Shown piece after piece: positions 45,430 to 54,667 of a DNA stretch of 64,000 nucleotides (position 1 is its first letter; each line of letters opens with the position of its first letter). The DNA is from Methanotrichaceae archaeon. GTDB lineage: Archaea; Halobacteriota; Methanosarcinia; Methanotrichales; Methanotrichaceae. The translations under genes and the position numbers were made by a program. The notes beneath the pieces were generated by a model. The model searched no databases. It was not told the origin of the DNA and saw only the letters and a list, made by a program, of their open reading frames with translations. The stretch is taken from the NCBI GenBank assembly GCA_963803145.1, contig CAWDLW010000008.1, positions 320,001 to 384,000 on the forward strand, read 5' to 3'.

Positions 45430-46105
45430 TAATATTAACAGTATTGATAATAAGAAGCTAAAGCCTCGCATAATCGCAGCCCTGGGAAAGGATGCCGCCC
45501 GCGATATCTCGGCCTGCGAAGATGCTGACATGATTGAGGTCAGGCTCGATCTTATCGATAAGCCTCTGGAGACTTTGAAGGTAGTGCGAAGCGCTACAGA
45601 GAAGCCAATCATCGTCACCAACCGAATGAAATCCGAAGGCGGGCAGTTCAGCGGCAGTGAACGAGAGCGCATTCGAATTTTATCAGAGGCCGCCGACTAT
45701 GCCGACTGGGTGGACATCGAGCTGAAAGCGGAAATGAGAGATGAGCTTTTGGGGATGATCGACAAGCCAGCCATCGTCTCCTACCACGACTTCGTCGGCA
45801 TGCCCCTGAGAGAGGAGCTTATCGCGATACTGATGGAGATGAAGCAAACAGGAGCGAAGATCGCAAAGATCGCCGTGACTCCATCAAGCCGGAAAGATAA
45901 TCTTGCGATCTTGGATTTTCTCCTGGATGCCGACATGCCGCTCTGCATGATCGCCATGGGCAAGATCGGCCGCCACTTGCGGGCGGTTGCGCCCATCTAC
46001 GGCTCAGTATTAACCTATGGATATGTCTCTCAGGCCGTGGCTCCAGGGCAAATGAGCATTTCAGAATTGAGAACATCACTGAAGCTGCTGGATACTGATT
46101 TTTAA
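45419..46105 (+). CDS. aroD: Type I 3-dehydroquinate dehydratase
   Basis: EVRLD, T.R..SEGG, DIEL, SYHDF, KIAV, IAMG..G...R, APGQ. Confidence 0.95.
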   Translation: MKSDNINSIDNKKLKPRIIAALGKDAARDISACEDADMIEVRLDLIDKPLETLKVVRSATEKPIIVTNRMKSEGGQFSGSERERIRILSEAADYADWVDIELKAEMRDELLGMIDKPAIVSYHDFVGMPLREELIAILMEMKQTGAKIAKIAVTPSSRKDNLAILDFLLDADMPLCMIAMGKIGRHLRAVAPIYGSVLTYGYVSQAVAPGQMSISELRTSLKLLDTDF

Positions 46106-46154
46106 TATCTGATAAAATCAGGTAGTCTACCCAAATTGAATTGATTTACGCCAT

Positions 46155-46183
46155 TCTTCGAGCCCTTCGCGGCTTCGCGTGAA
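46155..46183. repeat. REP-like CGCGAAG-unit half element
   Basis: Reverse complement TTTCACGCGAAG-CCGCGAAG-GGCTCGAAG-A; same architecture as the elements at 20793 and 49589. Confidence 0.5.
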
Positions 46184-46460
46184 ATGAGTTGGCTCTCGAA
46201 GTCGTGAAATACAATGATTTCTATACTCATCAACAAAAGTAGACCGACGAAAAATGCCATAGAATTTAATTGTGGTTGGACATACTCAACTTCTTATCTA
46301 CACGTGGTAACTTATACAACTTGCAGAGATCCGCAATTGAGAAGGTATTTATAAAAATCTGCTATGGCTTTGATGATCCAAAAAATATAGTAATGGGCTT
46401 ACAGGTTATACATACTGGGTTAAAGCTGGGATTGGCCTCAGTATCCCAGCTCCATTTATC

Positions 46461-47945
46461 CTACTTCTTTGGGCTGAATTTTATAGCACGATCATACATG
46501 ATCTCTGAGTAGGATGGCCCTGTCTTTGTAGCTTTTTCGAGGTAGCTCCTCCAGCCAATGTAAAGCGGCTGATCGAGGGCTATGCCGTAGGCTCCAGGAC
46601 CGGTGGGGACCTCAAAGCAGTGCGGATCGCCATTGGCATGCCTAGCGATCTTATAGACATAGAGGTATTTCGCATTAGGATCGTTGGGAAGGTACGCTTC
46701 GGCAGTTCCATTGAAATTCTGATCAGTGACGACTCCAACGCCATTCCACCCATTTGCTCCATAGATGGTGAAGCTAGAGTATGTTGCCTTTCCTGCTGCT
46801 ACATGGTTAACACCATAGACAATTATATAGTCATTCTTATCATTGCCCAAAGTAATTGCTGGATGTGGTACAAAATCATAGTACTTCGAGAGATTAGGGA
46901 AAACTGGTGTCGGCAAATCGGGAGTTCGGTCTGATGTCCATAAATAGCAGCAATCGTTGTCAGGGAGTATATCGTCCATTCCTCTTTGAATGCCATCACT
47001 TCCTGTTGGTACTGCTATGCTGGTTGGAAGCTCTGTGGAACTCAAATTGCTATATTTATTGAGAATAGCCTCTCTCAGTTGTTCTAGATCAGGCATAAGG
47101 TCAAACTCTGTTTTGCCCGTTCCACGTACCCTTAGCTCTGGATAATTATATGGGTCTAGCTTTGTAGATTCGTTGGGAGTTATGCGGAGGACGATTGCGG
47201 GCGTGTTATTGAGATACTTCTCACCGGCTTGCTTGTCGTTGTATAGAGCGGCACGGAGTAGTGTAGCAAATGTATCGGAGTTATTTTCTGATCCCAAGTT
47301 CAGCATTGTTGAGGGAAGCACCACAGTGTTAAATATGTCGCTCTGATACCCTGCTGATAAGGCAGCAGCACGGACACGTTGATCAATGCCTCTGTCGGCT
47401 GTGGTAATTATCAAGGTAGTTTGATTGAACGGATTTCCAGCCAATCCATTTGGAGTTCCTTCCGTATTGATGACTAAGTTGTTCAGTGTATCGCCCACGT
47501 TGGCAGCGAGCCATCGGGTCTCGTTTCCGTATGTTCTAGCCATAACATAAGTATCGAAACTGAAATACCTGCATTCCGGGGGTGTTCTTCCCACAAAAAC
47601 AATGGCTTCATCCGAACGGATATTCAACATGGGCGTTGTATTCCCGCTCATTCCCAGCACTCTAGTTATCTTAGAAAACAGTTCAGATACCTTATGACCA
47701 GGCGCCGGTGGAACGAAATACTGTAAATATCTTGTGGTAGGATTGTTTCCATAAGCTGAAGGCAATATTCCCATGTTATATAACTTAATGATATCAAAAT
47801 ATCCCATCGAGCCTTGTTGTACAGTGAATCCATCCTTTTCCAAGGCTTGTTTAAAAGCATTCGCATCTCCTCTTGTCGCATTCTGTGCAATGCAGGTTCC
47901 TATTAACACAGCGAATAGAAACACCAATATTATATATGATTTCAT
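46461..47945 (-). CDS. Hypothetical secreted protein (494 aa)
   Basis: Signal peptide MKSYIILVFLFAVLIGTCIA; long ORF; GCTGGGAT...ATCCCAGC hairpin after the stop. Confidence 0.85.
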   Translation of the reverse strand: MKSYIILVFLFAVLIGTCIAQNATRGDANAFKQALEKDGFTVQQGSMGYFDIIKLYNMGILPSAYGNNPTTRYLQYFVPPAPGHKVSELFSKITRVLGMSGNTTPMLNIRSDEAIVFVGRTPPECRYFSFDTYVMARTYGNETRWLAANVGDTLNNLVINTEGTPNGLAGNPFNQTTLIITTADRGIDQRVRAAALSAGYQSDIFNTVVLPSTMLNLGSENNSDTFATLLRAALYNDKQAGEKYLNNTPAIVLRITPNESTKLDPYNYPELRVRGTGKTEFDLMPDLEQLREAILNKYSNLSSTELPTSIAVPTGSDGIQRGMDDILPDNDCCYLWTSDRTPDLPTPVFPNLSKYYDFVPHPAITLGNDKNDYIIVYGVNHVAAGKATYSSFTIYGANGWNGVGVVTDQNFNGTAEAYLPNDPNAKYLYVYKIARHANGDPHCFEVPTGPGAYGIALDQPLYIGWRSYLEKATKTGPSYSEIMYDRAIKFSPKK

Positions 47946-48448
47946 ATGTTTCTCCTCATATCAGTTAATTTATCATGAAATTATCATCAATCTACAAAAA
48001 GCTTTGGTGGTTATGTAGACCTATAATGTAAACACAAACGCATAATGATGTGCTAGAATCTCATCCCCGCACGTATAGACAGATACAGGATAGGCATCAA
48101 TAGGCTCAGTCTTGAATAGTGGAAGCTGAAGGTTACCAGTAAGTCTACTGAACTAGCGTATTCGCATAAGTCATGGAATAACTGAGGGTAGATATCCATT
48201 TCCAAAAGAGTTTAATTCTGGTGATCCGTATGATTTAATACATTACGATCCTAATGAATATACCTTTCAGGTCCTCGATTCACTTTATGTTAAAAAAGAG
48301 AAGAAGAACTAGGTAGGTTATGTACGCTCCAATGGGAGAGAGCTGATTGAACTTACCGAAAAGGACCTCCATTTTTCGAATAATTCTAATAGCGTGAAAC
48401 TTCTGACTATAATGGAAATCAGAAATTACAATACAATAAGGCAGGCAA

Positions 48449-48593
48449 TCAACTAACCTGCCGATCTCTCCTCATGTGAACCGTCCCGGAGGGCGTTAGC
48501 CCGTCGCGGCTACTCACGCGACAGCCCCGTAACCATTAGCGCGGGAGCGAAGCGACTCGCGGGCATTCCGGAATTAGAGCGCTGTAAAGTTGA
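48449..48593. other. GC-rich ssDNA-foldable element, attC-like
   Basis: TCAACT...AGTTGA terminal pairing enclosing GGGCGTTAGCCC and GCGGGAGCGAAGCGACTCGC hairpins, in AT-rich surroundings. Confidence 0.4.
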
Positions 48594-48741
48594 CTGAGAC
48601 TTGGCTTATGGACAGATGGTAAAGTCTGGTCCTGGAGGAGTCCAAGCTTTTTACGGCCTCAACGGTAGATTGATAGCTCGACGAACAACATTAAAAAGTT
48701 TAATAAGTGCTTTATACCATCAGAGGATCGGAGTTGAATAT

Positions 48742-49536
48742 ATGGGATACGCAAGTGTAGGAGACATCCGTATATACTACGAGATCCAGGGTCTTGGAGA
48801 ACCGTTGCTCTTGATTATGGGTCTAGGCGGCCATATCCTGGACTGGGGAGGGTCCCTGCCGCAAGAACTGGCAAAGCATTATCAGGTTATCATGTTTGAC
48901 AACCGCGGCGCTGGTCGGACCGATCGGCCAGCAGGGCCTTACAGCATAACACAGATGGCAAACGACACAGTTGGGCTAATGAATGCAATTGGACTGAAAC
49001 AGGCATCTATTTTCGGCGTCAGCATGGGCAGCATGATCGCTCAGGAAATTGCCTTGAATTATCCTGATAAAGTGGCAAGGCTTGTGCTTGGATGTACCCA
49101 TACTGGTGGCGATAAGCAGGTTAAGCCAGCTCCGGAAATTGAGGTTTATCTGCTGCCGAGAACTGACTTGACACTTCAGGGAGCTTTGTGGTGGAGTGCG
49201 CCGGCGGGCTATCCTCAGGAGTTCATCTACGCACATCCAGAAATCGTTGAGCGAGAGATACAGGCAAACATGGCCTACCCATGCCTGCTGCATGCCTATC
49301 AAGCCCAGCTCGCTGCCTTCAAGGCATACGATTCTCACTCAGGCATATCGTCAATCAAGGTGCCGACCCTATTGATCACGGGCCAGAAGGATGTCCTGAT
49401 CCCTCCGGAAAACAGCCGCATCCTGAGCCGGCAAATACCCAATGCTCAGCTTAAGGAGATTAAGGGCGCTGGACACTTGTTCTGGATCAGCCATCCAGAC
49501 GAGACGCTTTCGGGATTAACATCGTTTCTTGGGTGA
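48742..49536 (+). CDS. Alpha/beta hydrolase
   Basis: G.PLLLIMGLG, FDNRG.G, GVSMG nucleophile, D.LIP, GAGH. Confidence 0.92.
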   Translation: MGYASVGDIRIYYEIQGLGEPLLLIMGLGGHILDWGGSLPQELAKHYQVIMFDNRGAGRTDRPAGPYSITQMANDTVGLMNAIGLKQASIFGVSMGSMIAQEIALNYPDKVARLVLGCTHTGGDKQVKPAPEIEVYLLPRTDLTLQGALWWSAPAGYPQEFIYAHPEIVEREIQANMAYPCLLHAYQAQLAAFKAYDSHSGISSIKVPTLLITGQKDVLIPPENSRILSRQIPNAQLKEIKGAGHLFWISHPDETLSGLTSFLG

Positions 49537-49588
49537 ATAGAAATCTGGCCCTTCGCTGTTTAGCGTGGGTAAGGTAGGCACTTATGGC

Positions 49589-49672
49589 TTCACCACAGAG
49601 GCACAGAGACGCAGAGAAAAAAAAAATAATAATATTGGAATTCCTCTGTGCCTCTCTTGTCTCTGTGGTGAA
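49589..49672. repeat. REP-like palindromic element with CACAGAG units
   Basis: TTCACCACAGAG-GCACAGAG-ACGCAGAG ... CTCTGTGC-CTCTCTTGT-CTCTGTGGTGAA; 12-bp perfect terminal inverted repeat with an A-rich loop. Confidence 0.75.
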
Positions 49673-49888
49673 CGTTCTCTAAACTCCGCAGAAAGCACAA
49701 TGTCTCTCAGGCCTATCTTGAATCTGCCATTAGAAAAAAGCGAGGAGCCATAATTCTAAACAGGCATCTAGGATATTCAGTTCTGCTTCGCTATTTTGAG
49801 CGCATATATTGCAGGCATTGGCAAAGCCAAAATTTTTATTGAGATGAGGCGTTTATTTATTGAATTACTAACGATTGAAGTGATTGCA

Positions 49889-51289
49889 ATGGCCGCTCCC
49901 TCAGACAGAAAATCCATATTACTGATAACAGCAAGTGGATCCTTCCTGGCTCCATTCATGGTCTCATCCATTATTGTCGCCATTCCCACCATCGGCAGGG
50001 AGTTTTCAATGAGCGCTGTTGAGATGAGCCAGCTTGCCACTGCCTTCTTTCTGGCTGCATCCATGTTCCTTGTTCCTTTCGGCAGAGCAGCCGATATCCT
50101 CGGGGTCAAGAGGATTTTCACAACTGGGATCTACATATATCTCTTCTCGGCGCTTCTGTCCGCCTTTGCCCCTAGCTCAGCGGTTCTTATTGGAGCGAGA
50201 TTCCTGACAGGAGTTGGCGCTGCAATGATTTTTGGGACTTCCTTTGCTCTACTGAGCCTTACTCTTCCGCAAAGTGAGCGAGGCCAGGCTCTGGGCGTAA
50301 ACATCTCAGCCAGTCTGTTGGGCTTTGCTCTGGGCTTCCAGATAGGCGGGCTCTTGACTTATTATGTCAGCTGGCGGGGATTCTTCCTCCTGACGCTGCC
50401 CATAGATCTTCTGGTCATTGCACTATTACGTCTTAAGCTGCCTGGAGAATGCGCTCTCTCGAAAGGGCAAAAGCTGGACCTGCCGGGCTCAGCTCTGGTT
50501 GCAATCATGCTTTTTGCGATTGTTGCAGGATTTTCAGAGCTTCCAAGGGTCATTGGGGCTTTTCTGTTGATAGCGGGTTTGATGCTTTTTGTTGTATTCG
50601 CCTGGTGGGAGATGAGGAGCAAAAGTCCGATCATCGATATAAGGCTCTTATCAAAAAACCGACCTTTCACTTTAGCCAATGGAGCAGTCCTCGCCTACAA
50701 TGCAGGCTCCTTTGGAGTTATCTTTCTCTTCAGCCTTTACCTGCAGTACATTCAAGGGTTCGATCCCCGTCAAGTCGGCCTGGTTCTTCTGGTATTCACT
50801 CTGATCATGGCGGCTCTGGTGAGCTATGCCGGCAAGCTCTCAGACAGGTATAGGCCATACCTTATCTCATCGACAGGAATTCTGATCACCATTTTTGGAC
50901 TCCTCCTGCTGTTTAGGACCATCAATTCAGCCACGCCGTTAATTGAAGCCTTGATCGGATTCCTTTTGATAATAATAGGAGGAGCACTATTTCCTCCGCC
51001 GATGGTGAAGACCGTCCTCAGCTGTATCCCAAGGGAGATGTACGGCCTTGGGGGAAGCCTGGAGGAGATGATGAGGCTTCTAGGGAATACTATGAGCATG
51101 GCATTTATCTCAATCGTATTCACTCACTTCTTAGGAGGAAGCGCAATCATGCCGGAGAATTATCCGAACTTGCTTGTGAGCATGAGGGCGGTATTCGTGA
51201 TATTCAGCTTGTTCACGTTCACAACATTTTTGATGGTCTTCTGGTATGCCTATATGAAACAGCGCAGTAATGAAGTTACATGCGAGTAG
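49889..51289 (+). CDS. MFS transporter (DHA2-like, 14 TM)
   Basis: FGRAADILGVKR motif A, ARFLTGVG, ERGQALG, GKLSDRY. Confidence 0.92.
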   Translation: MAAPSDRKSILLITASGSFLAPFMVSSIIVAIPTIGREFSMSAVEMSQLATAFFLAASMFLVPFGRAADILGVKRIFTTGIYIYLFSALLSAFAPSSAVLIGARFLTGVGAAMIFGTSFALLSLTLPQSERGQALGVNISASLLGFALGFQIGGLLTYYVSWRGFFLLTLPIDLLVIALLRLKLPGECALSKGQKLDLPGSALVAIMLFAIVAGFSELPRVIGAFLLIAGLMLFVVFAWWEMRSKSPIIDIRLLSKNRPFTLANGAVLAYNAGSFGVIFLFSLYLQYIQGFDPRQVGLVLLVFTLIMAALVSYAGKLSDRYRPYLISSTGILITIFGLLLLFRTINSATPLIEALIGFLLIIIGGALFPPPMVKTVLSCIPREMYGLGGSLEEMMRLLGNTMSMAFISIVFTHFLGGSAIMPENYPNLLVSMRAVFVIFSLFTFTTFLMVFWYAYMKQRSNEVTCE

Positions 51290-51518
51290 GAGATGCGACT
51301 GCAAAATACCACTCTAAGTCTCGATATAGGAAGACATCGATGATATCGATGAATTAAATCTGCTTCTATCGATCGCGGGATAACATAGGATTCGGAGCGC
51401 AAAAGAGATTAGAGTTTAAGCTGAAGTTTATAATTATAAAATAATCTAACGATTTCGGTCAACGAAATCACTTTATTACTTAAATTCTGTAATAGATATT
51501 AGAGGAAGTACATTACAT

Positions 51519-51761
51519 ATGGACCAAAATGAAAGCCAAGAAACGCCACCGGGACTTGCGCTAAGGGTTGCCGTATCCATAGTAGTTTTATTTGGCGGGC
51601 TGATCGCTGCAATAATTTACACTGCATTCTTCGCTTCATCATTCAGCGCTTTCCAAAAAATTGCTGTTATCCTGGTCGTCATTCTTGCAATAATAGCCAT
51701 ACTTGGTTCAATGTGGACACACTGGGGCATGCGATATGGCATGAGAAGAAAAAACGAATGA
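51519..51761 (+). CDS. Small two-TM membrane protein
   Basis: Two hydrophobic segments; GAGG upstream. Confidence 0.7.
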   Translation: MDQNESQETPPGLALRVAVSIVVLFGGLIAAIIYTAFFASSFSAFQKIAVILVVILAIIAILGSMWTHWGMRYGMRRKNE

Positions 51762-52393
51762 GAGACAGGTCGGATGCTGCAGGTTATATATCTAAAGTAT
51801 CTCTCTCAGCCGTTTACCTTATGCCTTTCTTGCCTTAATCCCAATTTTCTTTATGTATTTTTATGCCTTCCTATGATGCGATCATAGAACATATCGGTTT
51901 TTTTGCCTGGCGCGATTTAATCCTGAGGATGAAGAATTCTTTAGCGCTTCAGCACAACAGATAGCGGAAATCGTTCATCTATCCAATTCGACCTTATAGC
52001 ACGCGTTTTTCCAAAACTTCCCCCGTTGAGGGGTTAGGGGTAGCTCGCGCGGCGACTGAGCGCGCTAGTATGGCCGTTAGTGTTAGCCCCAGAAGCAAAG
52101 TCAAGTTGGTTGCACAAAGAGCAATCGAGAGCTATAACATGATAGCAACGTTAGCAGTAGCCCCAAAAGTAAGTATAAAGCTCTTGAACTATAATAGCAG
52201 GCCTAAAGGCTGAATCAACTGAAACTTCTAAGATCGTAATCTCTTCTCCCGCTCGCTTCAAACAATCCAGAAGCTCATCAATTTGCAACTGTCGCTAATA
52301 TGCCAGAAAGTATATATACGATGATAGACGTAGTATATTACGTCATAAGTCGATATAAGATTGGAGTAGCTGAAGAAGAAGGAGATAAAAAAC

Positions 52394-53207
52394 TACGGCA
52401 AGCAATCCGCATTCTCAAAGCTGATGGCAGAGTACAGGAACACGCACATGGCAAAGCAGGAAGATAGGCTTTGCTGGGTTCCAAAATTCCAAAAGACATC
52501 AAAACTCCAGAGTCCGCAGATACTGGATAAACTCGGCACTGACTTCTGCATGCTCAGCAAGGACGAGTGGTGCTGCGCCTCGGCTCTCGTGAGAACGGGC
52601 CAAAGAGACCTGATGAAGGAGTACGCAGTCCACAACATAGATGCAATCAAGGACAGAGGAGCCAAGACTGTGCTCTTCGCCTGCGCAGGATGCCTCAGAG
52701 CAGCAACTATCGATTGGCCACGCTGGTACGAAGGAAATATAACCTTCAAGACGATGCCCCTGTCTGAGTACCAACGCGAAAAGATCAAAAGCAACGAGGT
52801 AGAGTGGAAGAGGCTGCTCGATCTCACAGTGACATACCACGATCCATTCCACAACGGAAGGCATCTGATGCACATTAAGGGCAAAGACTTGGGCCTTCGA
52901 GGCTCCCCTTGATGTGCTGCAATCGATTCCAGGAGTCAAGTTCAAGAAGATGGCCAGGAACGGAGCTCTCCATAGATGCTGCGGAGCAGGCGGCGGCGTA
53001 AAGGCAGTAATTCCTGGCCTTGCGCGGGATTGCGCCAAGGCTCGCGTAGTGGATGTGGTCGAGCTGATGGCCCAGGCAATGGGTCTTGATACGACCATAC
53101 CCGAGAATCCATACAGCAAGTACCAGGAGCAGGATGTCATAACCTGCTCTGCTCCAGAGGCGGAAAAGGAAGCCATAAAGGAGGCTGTAGTTGCAGCAGC
53201 AAAATAG
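52394..53207 (+). pseudogene. hdrD: hdrD pseudogene (N-terminal and internal deletions, frameshift)
   Basis: Begins at YGKQS without the ferredoxin domain; lacks YFAGCTAAY; HDPC changed to HDPF; extra T at about 52889; lacks the STCPFC segment relative to the downstream copy. Confidence 0.88.
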
Positions 53208-53913
53208 AGGCAAGGATGCTGGGAGAACCGCTCCCTGCAACTTTTTCTTGGCCAGATCTTCGGAACTTTAGTTAGGAAGTTCCGAAAGCCTTATATTCGA
53301 TTATGACCGAACAGAGTTTCGTCTAACACCGACAAGGTTGGACGATCTAAGAAAGCACCAAATGCGTAAGATTTGGAGGACAAATTGTTCCATTTCGAAG
53401 AGGATTTTACATTTCAGGATGCCATGAGCATCCCCGCGTACAGAGCATTCGGACTATGGGATCTTCCATCTGGCCCCGAACCTGGACCTGAGTTCCCGAA
53501 GAGAAGAAAGCCCTTAGTTCCTTAAAGTAAAGTGATGTAAGTAAAGTGATGTGGTCTGGGCATGAAGCCGCCCAGATCAAAACCAAATTGAAAATAGAGT
53601 AATTGAAACTAACTTTTATAGCATCTCTATTTATTATAGCAACTCTATTCAACGGCATTCTACTTATAAATTAACGCTTATAGATTAAAGCTTATAGAAT
53701 ATAGGCGCAATCGTACAGCTATTATTACCACGATCAATAGCAAAGAACAGGGATGTCTTCCGGAAAGCTATTTTATTCGCCCAATTCTAAAGATCGTTTA
53801 ACCGCTCTGCGCTGGCGAGGGAATATTTAAGTATTAGTTATCAGGTAAGTTGGACAACAGATGTCAGCCGTATCGCCCCGATACAGAAATAAATATAACG
53901 AGGAGGAAAGGAG

Positions 53914-54666
53914 ATGGCGTTTTACACATTGGGCCTCACGTTCAACATTGTGATTGCTCTTACAGTTATTGTACTGGCTGTCTGGATATACGGTATATAT
54001 TTCAATATTAAAAAATGGGGCCTCGGATCGACTGGCTATCATGACCAACTACGTGATAGCTTCTGGCTGTTCATTGCCACCTGGATCCATGAGGCTTTTA
54101 AAGATGGTGTATGGGTATTCCTGAGAACTCTTGTTTTAGATGTCCTGCTTCTTCGAAGGACGCTGGCCAGAAGTCCAGTAAGATGGGTCATGCATTTGGC
54201 CATATTCTACGGCTTCTTAACGCTGGCTGCTCTCTCAGGCCTCGGACTTATGTTAGATATAATAGCGAATTTTAATATCCTTGGGCTCGCTGAGAACGCC
54301 GAGGTCGCAAAAGAGGCTCTGGGATTGCCTTTTGATCTATTCGGATATCTACTTCTTATAGGCGCAACAATCGCTGTATCCCGGAGGATATTGCTTAAGT
54401 TCGTCAGGGATAACACAACAGCCTACGATGCCTTCCTGATTGGCGCCGTATTCCTGATAACTATAACAGGATTCTATGCAGAGTGGATGCGTGGAAATTC
54501 GTTCCTTATGGGAAACGCTTTTGCATACCCAATATATGCGCCTCACTTCGCCCTGGTCCATACAATACTGGCGCTAGGTCTGTTCTGCTTCGCGCTGCCC
54601 TGGAGCAAGTACATACACGTAATAGCGACTCCCTTTACACTTCTAGCAAACAGAGGAGGAGAATAA
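53914..54666 (+). CDS. hdrE: CoB-CoM heterodisulfide reductase subunit E (cytochrome b)
   Basis: RW.MH..IFYGF, TGF.AE..R, H..LA, PWSKYIHVIATP; directly upstream of hdrD. Confidence 0.92.
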   Translation: MAFYTLGLTFNIVIALTVIVLAVWIYGIYFNIKKWGLGSTGYHDQLRDSFWLFIATWIHEAFKDGVWVFLRTLVLDVLLLRRTLARSPVRWVMHLAIFYGFLTLAALSGLGLMLDIIANFNILGLAENAEVAKEALGLPFDLFGYLLLIGATIAVSRRILLKFVRDNTTAYDAFLIGAVFLITITGFYAEWMRGNSFLMGNAFAYPIYAPHFALVHTILALGLFCFALPWSKYIHVIATPFTLLANRGGE

Positions 54667-54667
54667 A

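Noticed and set aside
51885-51999. Possible GAF-domain remnant (RFNPEDEEFFSASAQQIAEIV)
   Set aside because: Too short, and it needs an assumed frameshift; not supportable without a search.
53407-53658. 83-aa minus-strand ORF and a short plus-strand frame upstream of hdrE
   Set aside because: No recognisable motifs; it spans an AT-rich promoter-like region and a tandem duplication.
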